Assembly: GCA_035593725.1 (NCBI GenBank)
Contig: DAOSZN010000010.1
Coordinates: 2,308 to 66,307, forward strand
Source of the DNA: Bacillota bacterium
GTDB taxonomy: Bacteria; Bacillota; SHA-98; UBA4971
Length of the DNA stretch: 64,000 nt
Direction of reading: 5' to 3'
In this document: piece by piece, positions 27,098-36,687 of the stretch
How positions within the stretch are numbered: position 1 is the first letter of the stretch
Layout: each line of letters starts with the position of its first letter
Program-made: the position numbers and the translations under genes
Notes under the pieces: generated by a model
The model's input: the letters and a program-made list of their open reading frames with translations, nothing else
What the model was told of the DNA's origin: nothing
Databases searched by the model: none

Positions 27098-28327
27098 TTG
27101 GCAGAAAAGGCAAAGGCAGAGCCTACCTATATGTTGGGCACTGACGAGCAACAGCAGTGGATGCGGAAGTATAATTTCGCTCCAAGAGGAATCGGTTTAT
27201 CTGAACCGGGTATTTGTGCGCTTGATGATCCCTTATTCGATGCATACAACATCGCCAAATCATCGTATCAAATCTATCCGGACGTATTCAATGTCGATTA
27301 TGTAGCCAAGGAAGTGGGAATCAAGAAGGAAGAAGTCATCGAACGCATGAGACGAATGTATGATGACAGGTTGGTGATGTACGCTGCCACATCTAACGTG
27401 CAGGTGTTCGGGTTCGGGCTGTATTACTGGTTGGTTAAACTGAGAGAGGGCACCGGAGGCGCGGCAAAGCAGAAGCTGGCAGACTGGTACCAGGCTAAAG
27501 ATGACATTTGCACAGGTTACGAGTTGAGAGGGGACTTTGATTTCTTTAACGGCAATCACATGCGTGTGTTGGATAACCTGCTTGCCGAGGTGATCGAGCC
27601 CTGGAAATTCAATCCGGAAGTGGAGTTTGTGCATCTTTGTCCTATCCGCCGCAATATTCGCGAATCTCATGTGAACATGTTTGACGCGCCGGACGATGGA
27701 TTCAGAAAGCTCTACTGGGGTAACGGCCAGATCGAGTCCTTGGCGAAGATGCAAGACAAAATGGATCTGGTTGACTTAAGGATTATTGAGGCCCTCAATA
27801 TGAAGCGTTCTGCGGAAGAGATGTATGACTTCAAGAAACTTGCTGACATATCCGGACTCGACCCTGAGGCAATGAAAAAGGGCATAGTGGATATCATTGA
27901 CACAAAGAAAATCCTGGCTCCTATTTTCTATCTTAACTGGGAAAAGCTTGGACTGACAAACCATATCTTCGTTATCCGGGTGTTCCAAATCACGCCTGAC
28001 TGCAGAAAAGCCCAAATTGCTGATGAGCTGTCGCATGTGCCGGAATTCAATACAGTCCTTGAATTCACAGATTCATTCTATGATATCATGCTCTTTGCCT
28101 ACAACGAGATATCAGACATAGACGCCTTGCGGAGACTTCTTGATAAGTATGAAGATATCGAGTACATAAGGGAAGCTGACTCCTACAAGCAGTTCCGGCG
28201 GTGGGCATGCCGATTGGACGCGGAGAACGGATTCTGGGAAGAGACTGTAATGACTGACGATTTTCTGCAGGACTGGACGGAAAATCGGACATGCCCGACA
28301 ACTTGCAGTGCAAAGGAGGGGAAATAG
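27098..28327 (+). CDS. Hypothetical 409-aa protein with internal Lrp/AsnC-like HTH segment
   Basis: TTG start after GAGGAGGG SD; central DLVDLRIIEALNMKRSAEEM...GLDPEAMKKGI resembles an AsnC-type HTH; no other motif recognised. Confidence 0.45.
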   Translation: MAEKAKAEPTYMLGTDEQQQWMRKYNFAPRGIGLSEPGICALDDPLFDAYNIAKSSYQIYPDVFNVDYVAKEVGIKKEEVIERMRRMYDDRLVMYAATSNVQVFGFGLYYWLVKLREGTGGAAKQKLADWYQAKDDICTGYELRGDFDFFNGNHMRVLDNLLAEVIEPWKFNPEVEFVHLCPIRRNIRESHVNMFDAPDDGFRKLYWGNGQIESLAKMQDKMDLVDLRIIEALNMKRSAEEMYDFKKLADISGLDPEAMKKGIVDIIDTKKILAPIFYLNWEKLGLTNHIFVIRVFQITPDCRKAQIADELSHVPEFNTVLEFTDSFYDIMLFAYNEISDIDALRRLLDKYEDIEYIREADSYKQFRRWACRLDAENGFWEETVMTDDFLQDWTENRTCPTTCSAKEGK

Positions 28328-28328
28328 A

Positions 28329-29759
28329 ATGAAAATAGATGCCCCTCGGAAATATGTGGTAGATAGCTTGCAGTACGCGTTGAACCCTTCGTCCATAGCT
28401 GTAGTGGGAGCTTCGCGTTATGACGCGAAAGTCGGTTACAAAGTCATAGAGGGACTCAGCAAGTGGGGCTATAAAGGTAAGATCTACCCTGTGAACCCTC
28501 GCGCTGACAAGGTCCATGGTTTGCCTGCATATAAGACTCTTTTGGATATTCCGGAACCTGTAGATCTCGTATTTGTAGCAGTGCCGGCATTCCTTGTGAA
28601 GATGGTATTGGAACAAGCAGTCGCCAAGAAGGCAAAAATGGCGGTTATCGCAACAAGCGCTTTCAAGGAGATCGGCCGTGGTGAGCTGCAGGATTCTCTG
28701 ACAAACTATTGCAGAAAACATAAACTGCCTCTGATTGGACCGAATCTGGTCGGTATGGGAAGCCCTTATCTCAACTTCAACTGCGGATTCATTCCGTACC
28801 TACCTATTCCGGGTCCGGTGGCTATGATATCCCAGTCAGGAGCAAACCTTCTTGCCGCCCTTGGTACGTCCAAGACACAGAACTTCGGGATGAGCTTTTT
28901 CATCGGGCTGGGCAACAAGGCTGACGTGGATTTCTCAGAGTTCATAATCTACGGTAAGAACGATCCTTACACGAAGTGTATTGCAACTTACATCGAAGGG
29001 CTGGATTCTCCTGAGGCATATATCAAGGCGTGCCGCGAGACAGTCCCGGAAAAGCCGGTGGTAGCGCTCAAAGTCGGCGGGTCAAAGATAGGCGTGAAAG
29101 CAGCGTTTGCGCATACCGCGTCAGAAAACATAGGGACGGACGATGCATACTATGACGATATCTTTGAGAAAGCGGGAGTCATCAGGGCCACAACCTGGCA
29201 GGAGTTCCTTGACGTAGCCCTTGCCCTCGGACAGCAGCCTCCTCTGAAAGGCGACAATGTTGTGATGATAACCAACGGAGGCGGATCAGGGCTCTTGGCT
29301 TGCGATCACTTTGAGCGCATAGGTATGCCTCTACGGGAGCTCAAGGACATCTCCTTCATGTTAAGCATGAAAATACGCGCGTACATGCCTATGTTCGGAT
29401 CGCCCTTGAATCCGGTGGATATCTCAGGCACAGCGTCGCCTGTGCAGTACAAAGGTGCGTTGCACCAGGCAATGCGGGACAGCAATGTAGATGGAGTGCT
29501 GTGCTCCATTTGTCCGACAGCAGTTACTGATGTGCCTGCTGTAGTGGATATTGCCATTCAAATGCACGAAACATATAAGTATCTGGGGAAGCCGTTCATT
29601 ATGGAATGCCAGGGCGGGGCGGAGTGCCACGAGGCTATCATGAAGCTACGTGCACATGGAATACCTGCTTACCCCACAGCTGAGCAGTCAGTCAACGCCA
29701 TGGTAGGCTTAAGGAAATACGGTAAGATACTGGAGAAACAAGGGGTAAACGTTGGATAA
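28329..29759 (+). CDS. ADP-forming acyl-CoA synthetase alpha-type (CoA-binding + succinyl-CoA-synthetase-like domains)
   Basis: IAVVGAS...KVGYKV..., PVNP, VFVAVPA CoA-binding Rossmann pattern; AAGGAGGGG SD; translationally coupled to the upstream gene. Confidence 0.7.
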   Translation: MKIDAPRKYVVDSLQYALNPSSIAVVGASRYDAKVGYKVIEGLSKWGYKGKIYPVNPRADKVHGLPAYKTLLDIPEPVDLVFVAVPAFLVKMVLEQAVAKKAKMAVIATSAFKEIGRGELQDSLTNYCRKHKLPLIGPNLVGMGSPYLNFNCGFIPYLPIPGPVAMISQSGANLLAALGTSKTQNFGMSFFIGLGNKADVDFSEFIIYGKNDPYTKCIATYIEGLDSPEAYIKACRETVPEKPVVALKVGGSKIGVKAAFAHTASENIGTDDAYYDDIFEKAGVIRATTWQEFLDVALALGQQPPLKGDNVVMITNGGGSGLLACDHFERIGMPLRELKDISFMLSMKIRAYMPMFGSPLNPVDISGTASPVQYKGALHQAMRDSNVDGVLCSICPTAVTDVPAVVDIAIQMHETYKYLGKPFIMECQGGAECHEAIMKLRAHGIPAYPTAEQSVNAMVGLRKYGKILEKQGVNVG

Positions 29760-29830
29760 CTGAAGAAGTCTGAAGCAACCCTCCGGCAACTGAGTGTGCT
29801 TTGAGCAGGCTTCAGGTTACGGAATGGTTA

Positions 29831-29865
29831 AAGATTAGGACGGCCCTTCTGGCCGCCCTAATCTT
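29831..29865 (+). terminator. Long near-perfect hairpin (AAGATTAGG-ACGGCC-CTTCT-GGCCG-CCCTAATCTT), possible terminator without U-tract
   Basis: 14-bp stem with one bulge, 70 nt after the ACD stop; no trailing T-run. Confidence 0.25.
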
Positions 29866-30185
29866 GCCCCGGTCCCACATTGCAGAGATTCGAACCCTCC
29901 AAGTTCCCGCTGTAACATCCCAAATTCTCTGCTCGATCCTGCAATCAGCAGTGTTCCCTGAATCTTCATCTGGAGGTATCTTTCCTGTCGCCCACACCTT
30001 CAAGCGCACACATCAGATCTCTTACTCTATTAGAAATCGATTTCATAGTTGGACACTAATGGATACAAACATGAACAGAAACTGCACTTCAGTTTTGTAC
30101 GATTCATGATAGTATGTTAGCAGTAATCTGAAATATGGTTATAAGCTGGGCTTATTATCCAAATGTGACTCGGGAAGGGTGTCCC

Positions 30186-31505
30186 ATGGTGAACGACGCG
30201 AAAGACTCACGGCAAAGCACACGTTTCAGTCGATCAAACTCTCTTGAGCCGAATCGTAGATTATTGCGATTTTTCCCTGGTCTGCAAGGCAACGCGCGGG
30301 TTATGGTTATGATGGAGCCTATGTGGGCAATCCCCTATCTTTTTTTTTACACGTACTCAACCCTTTATATGAGGGGTTTGGGGCTAACCGAACCACAGGT
30401 AGGCTTGACACTGTCAATTGCCAGTGCGTCCAGTATGATCATCGGACTTATCGGCGCTCCCATAGCAGATCGTCTTGGTCGCAAAAAGACTTGCACTGTC
30501 TTTGGACTAATCACGTGGAGTATCCCTACTCTTATCTGGGCGCTTGCGCGAGATTTTAGATACTTTGTGATAGCGGGAATCATAAACGGGTTTGTCGGGA
30601 TAGTCTCTCCTTCTTACAATTGTCTGTTGATTGAAGATACTCCTCCGGAAAACAGACTCTCCGTTTTTGCTGCGCTTCAACTTGTATCGATGTTGCCTGG
30701 ATTCTTCCTTCCGCTGTCAGGTGTCTTCGTCAGAAACATGGGTGTTGTCCCGGCGACCCGTATGTTCTATTTTGCTGCATGTATCATAATGACAGCATTT
30801 TTCTTGATCAGAAACCGCTATCTTACAGAATCTGACGTGGGTACAGAGCGCATAGCGGCAACTAAGGGTCACGATTTTAAGGATTCCTTGACAGGTTATG
30901 TTGAGGTACTGGAAAGGCTTCGCAAGAATCATGCTGCTCTCGTTATTCTTATAGTCAATAGTCTCGTTTTTCTCCGGGATTCAATAATCGCGTCAATGCA
31001 ACAAATATACATAGTTGAGAATCTCAGAATCGACCCGGTTTATGTTGGTATATTGCCCGCAGTGTCCGCAGCTGCGCAGTTATTGGCGTTATTCTTCATC
31101 TTGACTCGCCCCAGGGACGATCGCACCGAAGGGAGATTGCTTCTTGTAGCTCTTAGTCTGCTGGTTTTAGGTGTCTTGGTCTTTCTCTTGACGCCGGAGG
31201 GATGCTTGGGTCTGGTTCTAATGAGCACTGTGTTAACTGCTTTAGGCTCTAGTTTGGCAAGTCCCACATTGAGCACTGCTCTCAATAATGTGCTTGCAAA
31301 TGAAGATCGTGTAAGGGTCTTGTCCTTGTCTATGGTTATTCAGAACCTAATGCGTATGGGAGGAACCGCCAGTTCAGGCTTTCTCTACAAATCGCGGCCT
31401 GTAATACCATTTGAAGTGGCTTTAGGTCTTAGCATAGCTTGTCTGGTAATATATTTTATCTATCTTAGGAGGCAAGGAAACACTCAGGCTTCTTCAGACA
31501 ACTGA
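30186..31505 (+). CDS. MFS transporter
   Basis: 12-TM protein, MFS loop motif ADRLGRKK between TM2-3; GGGAAGGG SD before ATG 30186. Confidence 0.7.
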   Translation: MVNDAKDSRQSTRFSRSNSLEPNRRLLRFFPGLQGNARVMVMMEPMWAIPYLFFYTYSTLYMRGLGLTEPQVGLTLSIASASSMIIGLIGAPIADRLGRKKTCTVFGLITWSIPTLIWALARDFRYFVIAGIINGFVGIVSPSYNCLLIEDTPPENRLSVFAALQLVSMLPGFFLPLSGVFVRNMGVVPATRMFYFAACIIMTAFFLIRNRYLTESDVGTERIAATKGHDFKDSLTGYVEVLERLRKNHAALVILIVNSLVFLRDSIIASMQQIYIVENLRIDPVYVGILPAVSAAAQLLALFFILTRPRDDRTEGRLLLVALSLLVLGVLVFLLTPEGCLGLVLMSTVLTALGSSLASPTLSTALNNVLANEDRVRVLSLSMVIQNLMRMGGTASSGFLYKSRPVIPFEVALGLSIACLVIYFIYLRRQGNTQASSDN

Positions 31506-31706
31506 ACCTGTATGATTCTGTACTTCCTTAACAGAGGATAGACCGTCAAAAATTTGGCAGAAATGAAACACAATAGTCCAATGCCTAAAACAAAAGTCCA
31601 AAGGATATGCAATCCAGATGACGAAAATCTTTGATGCGCGCATGTTTCGCTGGCGGAATCAAAGGTCAAAATACCGAAAAATAATAGCTGAAAGGTGGGA
31701 TCTATC

Positions 31707-33614
31707 ATGGATATGAAGCGTACAGCTCGTTTGCTCCTTTGTGTGATGCTTCTGACGTCCTATTCGGTTACACTGTGTGCAGCGCCTAAGGTATATGATG
31801 AGGCGCCTATGCTGGCAAAGCTGGTTAAGGATGGAAAGCTTCCACCTGTAGAGAAGAGATTGCCTGAAGCTCCTTTAGTTGTGCAACCGCTCAGTGAAAT
31901 CGGCACCTATGGTGGAACTTGGAGAACTGCAGGAGGGGATATGCTTCCCCTGATGATTCCGACTTACGACCCGCTTATTCGTTGGGACGACCCAATGATG
32001 CGGGGTGAAGAGGGCGTAGCTACGATTATTCCCAATGTGGCTACGAAATGGGAAGTCTCATCGGATAAAAAGACTTATACTTTCCATTTGAGGAAGGGAA
32101 TCAAGTGGTCAGATGGGCATCCTTTTACTGCAGACGACATCGTATTCTGGTACAAAGATGTTATCGCAAATGATAACCTTACGCCGGTAAAACCTGATTG
32201 GCTGGGGCTTGACGGAAAGCTGTGCAAAGTTGAGAAAGTAGACGACTACACAGTAAGGTTCATTCTTCCCCAATCACTTGGCCTATTCCTCGAAGCGGTG
32301 GCGAGTGTAAGCGGACAGCAGATAGTGAGATACCCGAAACACTACCTCATGCAATACCATCCTAATTACGTGTCTGACCAAGAACTGGAGAAATTGCTTA
32401 AGAAAGAGAAGGCAGATACCTGGTATCAGCTCTTCCTGGCAAAAGCCGATATGTATGCAAATCCCGATCTGCCTGTTCTTACCGCTTGGAAGCTTACCAC
32501 ACCCGCAGGCTCTCAGAGACACATTATGGAGCGGAATCCTTATTATTGGAAAGTAGACCCTAAGGGCAATCAACTGCCTTACATTGATCGGATTCTTGGG
32601 GAGCCCATGGTTGATTCATCTGTTGTGCTTATGAAAGCAATATCAGGGGAGATTGACTGGCAGTATTACGAAGTTGGTTCTTCTGTAGACTATCCTGTGC
32701 TTATGGAGAATCGCAGTAAGGGCGATTACCAAGTCATGAAGAATATCCCTGTGGACGGCCTCGCATCTGTCGCGCTGTTTGTGAATGCCAATGTTCAAAA
32801 CCCTGACCTTCGACCGCTTTTTGAAAACAAGAAATTCAGACTCGCTCTCTCTGTAGCCCTAGACAGAGATGAGATGAATGAATACATCTATATGGGGCTT
32901 GCGGAGCCTGCCTCAATATGCTTGATGAAAAGCTCGCCGTATTACTCCCCGGGACAAGAAGAGTATGGGAAAGAATCCATCACGTATAACCCCGAGAAAG
33001 CCAATCAGCTTCTTGATGAGATAGGGTTGAAAAAAGGCAAAGACGGGTTAAGGGTTCTTCCTGACGGCAAACCGTTTTCATTGACCATATCTCATGCAGG
33101 CTTTGCCGATGATATACTGCAGATTATTGAGAATCGCCTAAGAGAAATCGGGATTAATGCGGTCACGAAATATGAAGGAATAGAACTCTTTATCAAACGC
33201 GGACAAGCCGGACTGCATGAGATTGAATTAGTGAATCTAATGGGCGGATTTAATCCCTTCTTAGATCCACAGCTTTTCCCTGTAGGATTCTGGAGTTTCC
33301 GATGGGCGCCACTATATACCACGTGGCACCAAACACACGGCGCTTCCGGTGAGGAACCGAAGGGTGATATTAAGAGATTGCTGGAGATCTATGATCAGGG
33401 ACTGAGGACCGGGGATTTGGAGCGTAGACGTCAGCTCATAGATGAAGTCCTCAGAATCCACAATGATAATCTCTGGATAATCGGTATACTCACCTATCCC
33501 GGAGACAATATGGTCATTAGGAATAATGTAGGCAATGTGTCTCCAGTCGGCGGCAGAACCAATGACTATTGGATTGGACCCGTCTATCCGGAGCAGTTGT
33601 TCTTCAAGAAATAA
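31707..33614 (+). CDS. ABC transporter substrate-binding protein, family 5 (peptide/opine/oligosaccharide type)
   Basis: Signal peptide, ~636 aa, SBP_bac_5 pattern (WSDG..., NPYYW...); AAAGGTGGGA SD. Confidence 0.8.
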   Translation: MDMKRTARLLLCVMLLTSYSVTLCAAPKVYDEAPMLAKLVKDGKLPPVEKRLPEAPLVVQPLSEIGTYGGTWRTAGGDMLPLMIPTYDPLIRWDDPMMRGEEGVATIIPNVATKWEVSSDKKTYTFHLRKGIKWSDGHPFTADDIVFWYKDVIANDNLTPVKPDWLGLDGKLCKVEKVDDYTVRFILPQSLGLFLEAVASVSGQQIVRYPKHYLMQYHPNYVSDQELEKLLKKEKADTWYQLFLAKADMYANPDLPVLTAWKLTTPAGSQRHIMERNPYYWKVDPKGNQLPYIDRILGEPMVDSSVVLMKAISGEIDWQYYEVGSSVDYPVLMENRSKGDYQVMKNIPVDGLASVALFVNANVQNPDLRPLFENKKFRLALSVALDRDEMNEYIYMGLAEPASICLMKSSPYYSPGQEEYGKESITYNPEKANQLLDEIGLKKGKDGLRVLPDGKPFSLTISHAGFADDILQIIENRLREIGINAVTKYEGIELFIKRGQAGLHEIELVNLMGGFNPFLDPQLFPVGFWSFRWAPLYTTWHQTHGASGEEPKGDIKRLLEIYDQGLRTGDLERRRQLIDEVLRIHNDNLWIIGILTYPGDNMVIRNNVGNVSPVGGRTNDYWIGPVYPEQLFFKK

Positions 33615-33696
33615 GAAATTAGCAAAATCAGGCGCGGAATGACATATGCTTCCGCGCCTGACTCCGGCTTATGTCTGGAAGGAGGTCGGCGGCTGT

Positions 33697-34644
33697 ATGG
33701 CTAATTATGTAAAAATCAGTGTCACCGGCGCGAGATCATACTCAGCTATTGATGACGTTAAGCTCGAAGATGTTTTTCGTGGAACAATCAGACATTGGAA
33801 GGATGAGTTGGACCGACTGCTCCCGGATGAGCCGGATCTGATAGTTCTTCCTGAGTGCTGTGATCATCCAAGAGATCTGTCTGAATCTTTAAGACCGGCT
33901 TTTTATCCTGCCAGAGGTAATCGGATATTTGACTTTTTCTGCGGAGTTGCCAAGAATCATAACTGCTACATTACGTACCCGACAATCAGAGAACTGGATG
34001 ACGGGACGAGAAACTCTATCATTATTATTGATCGACAAGGTAAGATAGCGGGGATTTATAACAAGAATCACGTTGTGCCGCCTCCTCCCGGAGTTAAAGA
34101 TCGAACCGAGGAAGGTCTCTGCGGTAAGGATGCCCCCCTGATTGATTGTGATTTTGGTCGGGTAGGGTGTGCTATCTGTTTTGACCTGAACTTTAACGAG
34201 CTACGGTTAAAGTATGTGGAGTCAAAGCCTGATTTATTAATCTTCTCTTCAGCGTATCATGGTGGGTTGATGCAAAACTACTGGGCGTACTCTTGCAGGG
34301 CCCATTTTGCGTCCGCAGTCTCAGATTTGCCTTGTTCAATTATCTCCCCTGTTGGGGAGCTCATTGGCTCCAGCACCAGTTACTTTCATTTTACTACGAC
34401 TACAGTTAATCTTGATTGTTGTATTGCACACCTGGACTATAATTGGGATCGTCTTAGAGCAATGAAGAATAAGTACGGCACTAAGGTCACAATAACCGAC
34501 CCCAGTTACTTGGGCTCAGTACTGATATCCAGTGAAACCCAGGAGTTAACGGCAAAAGAGATGGCCCGAGAATTTGAGATCGAGCTTCTAGATGATTATA
34601 TGGCAAGAGCGTTAGCTCATCGGCGTGATCATATCGAGCCTTAA
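33697..34644 (+). CDS. Carbon-nitrogen hydrolase (nitrilase superfamily)
   Basis: E-K-C triad context: LPECCD, NKNH, GCAICFDLNF; GGAAGGAGG SD. Confidence 0.75.
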   Translation: MANYVKISVTGARSYSAIDDVKLEDVFRGTIRHWKDELDRLLPDEPDLIVLPECCDHPRDLSESLRPAFYPARGNRIFDFFCGVAKNHNCYITYPTIRELDDGTRNSIIIIDRQGKIAGIYNKNHVVPPPPGVKDRTEEGLCGKDAPLIDCDFGRVGCAICFDLNFNELRLKYVESKPDLLIFSSAYHGGLMQNYWAYSCRAHFASAVSDLPCSIISPVGELIGSSTSYFHFTTTTVNLDCCIAHLDYNWDRLRAMKNKYGTKVTITDPSYLGSVLISSETQELTAKEMAREFEIELLDDYMARALAHRRDHIEP

Positions 34645-34757
34645 GAGCCCTACAAGAAACTCGGTTTCGCAACGTGTTTGGATTGCACTGCTTTTTGCCA
34701 AAATAAAGGGAAGGCCCGGCCTTCCCTTACATATATAGTCACTTGGAGGGGTGTGCA

Positions 34758-35831
34758 GTGGGCTATATCAATCTCAAGGACATTTCGTTAGATTCTTTAC
34801 GCCATGTCATCGAGGAAAAGCAGGGATTACAACGTAGAGAGACAGAAGACTACTTAAGAAAGCTATGTGTGGCAGGTTATTCTGAAAGGCAGGAGAAACT
34901 GTGGAACAGGGATTATTCTTCTCTTGAGAAATACCTGGCTTCAGTAGAACCCAATAGAAGACGCTGGGAGGATGCGTTAGGCTACCGAAATTTCATCCCG
35001 GAAGGCGATCTTGATCCTATAGCCGAACCTTACTTTGAGGATGATCACGTAATCGCAAATTGGATTTCAGTGCGTTTTAGTGGATACCTTCGCTGCAGGG
35101 CAATACTTGCCTTGCCCAAGTCGCGTCCGCCCAAGATTCCCCTTATAGTATCGCCACCCGGCTACACGTCAGCGCCTGATTACACATTTCTGAGCTATTC
35201 CGGGAGATTCCGGGAAAGCAGTGGTTACCGGTGGCTTCAAAATGGCTTTGCGGTCCTGGCCCTGCTCCATATTACTGAGGCAAAACCCAGAGCTAGATAC
35301 ACCAGAATGTCCCTGCTTCTGGGGGGAACGCTGTTTGGGCTTGAGATTGCCAAGCTAAAACGTCTCTTAGACTATGTACTGACGTTGGAGCCAATTGACT
35401 GTGAGCGTGTCGCGATGTGGGGAGTAAGCTTGGGTGGGGCATATACACTTATCACGCTTCCTATAGAGAAACGCATTAAGGCAGGGGTAATATCCGCCTA
35501 CTTCAACTACAGACTTGCGAAGATGGCAGTGGAAGATATTCGCTACACCAGTTATCTTTCGACTGAGGAAGAACATGCATTCATTCCCGGCTGGATTCGG
35601 GAGTTTTCTGACCAGGATCTTGTCTCGCTTATTTGTCCGAAACCTCTCATGGTTCAAACGGGCAAGGCTGATCCGGTTTCATGGTGGCCTGATGTTGTTG
35701 AGGAATTTGAGGCAGGAAAAACCCACTACGAGAGGCTTGGTTGCCCTGAACGACTGCAGATGGATCTCCACGAAGGGGGACATGAGATCCGATGTAATAC
35801 CGGGATTGAATTCCTGAAACGTTGGCTGTGA
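34758..35831 (+). CDS. Alpha/beta hydrolase (DLH/S9-like esterase or peptidase)
   Basis: GVSLGG nucleophile elbow, C-terminal D and H (DLHEGGHE) consistent with catalytic triad. Confidence 0.6.
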   Translation: MGYINLKDISLDSLRHVIEEKQGLQRRETEDYLRKLCVAGYSERQEKLWNRDYSSLEKYLASVEPNRRRWEDALGYRNFIPEGDLDPIAEPYFEDDHVIANWISVRFSGYLRCRAILALPKSRPPKIPLIVSPPGYTSAPDYTFLSYSGRFRESSGYRWLQNGFAVLALLHITEAKPRARYTRMSLLLGGTLFGLEIAKLKRLLDYVLTLEPIDCERVAMWGVSLGGAYTLITLPIEKRIKAGVISAYFNYRLAKMAVEDIRYTSYLSTEEEHAFIPGWIREFSDQDLVSLICPKPLMVQTGKADPVSWWPDVVEEFEAGKTHYERLGCPERLQMDLHEGGHEIRCNTGIEFLKRWL

Positions 35832-35919
35832 ATTTCGCTCTAAACGGCTTGCTCCTCGCTCCCTCAGGCAATAGGAGACGTGAGTTTTCTCTTGTTGCCC
35901 TGCGGGAGTCTTTCTGTCT

Positions 35920-36417
35920 CTACGCTAAATCCTTTTGTCTGTCTGCCAGACGGGAAACCACGGTGCCGACAAGTCCTCCTATCCCTAAGAACCATTCCAA
36001 AGGCAAGATGGGCTGCCCTGGGTTTGCAATATGAAATATCATTATACTGACGGGAAAACATAGGACTTCATATGAAAGTATTTTTGAGAATCGTCGGAAA
36101 AGCAGTTCTTGGCAGATTCCTGCCGTGAAGGATTCGACTACGTATATAATGAGCGCAATCAATCCCATGGCAGACAAAACTATTATGCCATAGCCGGCAA
36201 GGACCTTGCCCAACGGTCGTGTGTTGCCTGACTGAGCACTCTGCTTCAATCCCTCTGAAATTCCGGTGAATACAAGGCTTCTCTGGGTGAGTTGGATTAC
36301 GAAGAGGACAAAGCCTACGGCAATTGCAATCGACAACAGCCCAAGAACAACTGTGGAAAACCGTGTGCGCGTTTGCCTTTTCACTTGTTCATCTCTCCTA
36401 GATCGGGAGTCAGTCAA
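35920..36417 (-). CDS. Small membrane protein, hypothetical
   Basis: 165 aa, 4 predicted TM helices; no motif. Confidence 0.35.
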   Translation of the reverse strand: MTDSRSRRDEQVKRQTRTRFSTVVLGLLSIAIAVGFVLFVIQLTQRSLVFTGISEGLKQSAQSGNTRPLGKVLAGYGIIVLSAMGLIALIIYVVESFTAGICQELLFRRFSKILSYEVLCFPVSIMIFHIANPGQPILPLEWFLGIGGLVGTVVSRLADRQKDLA

Positions 36418-36687
36418 GCAATGCTAACCATATTGATGAGTCTGTCAGTATCTTACCACATAACTTCAGCTACGGGGAAGATGCAGTCTAAGGGAAAGAA
36501 GGAGTTCAAAGCCTGCTGCAGGCTTTCAGACAGGTGTTTGTGGCGCTTCCACACATCGTTGTGCTAATTTTCATTTACACATCAGGCACGAAAGTACATG
36601 TGTACTACAATAATCCAAAGGATCTCCAAGCATAAATGGTGAAGTCGCATCATAAATCCAAACGTTCAGGTATCGTAATTTGCTGTT

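Noticed and set aside
26809-27305. ORF-track ORFs 26809 (74 aa) and 26943 (120 aa) in the sigma-54 leader
   Set aside because: Arg-rich, no SD, and they overlap the repeat array and the real TTG start at 27098; judged to be translation of a structured/repetitive leader.
29870-29900. GGGTTCGAATC T-loop-like motif (reverse strand), possible tRNA remnant
   Set aside because: Flanking sequence cannot form a T-stem, acceptor stem or anticodon arm; an isolated chance T-loop match.
31695-31706. Earlier GTG start of the SBP gene, and similar longest-ORF starts for araC (41179), ROK (46716), comFA (54324), DUF151 (56069), lacI (56405), paaK (62010) and ACT (63356)
   Set aside because: Each has an internal ATG with a properly spaced SD and an N-terminus matching family expectations; the longest-ORF extensions lack SDs.
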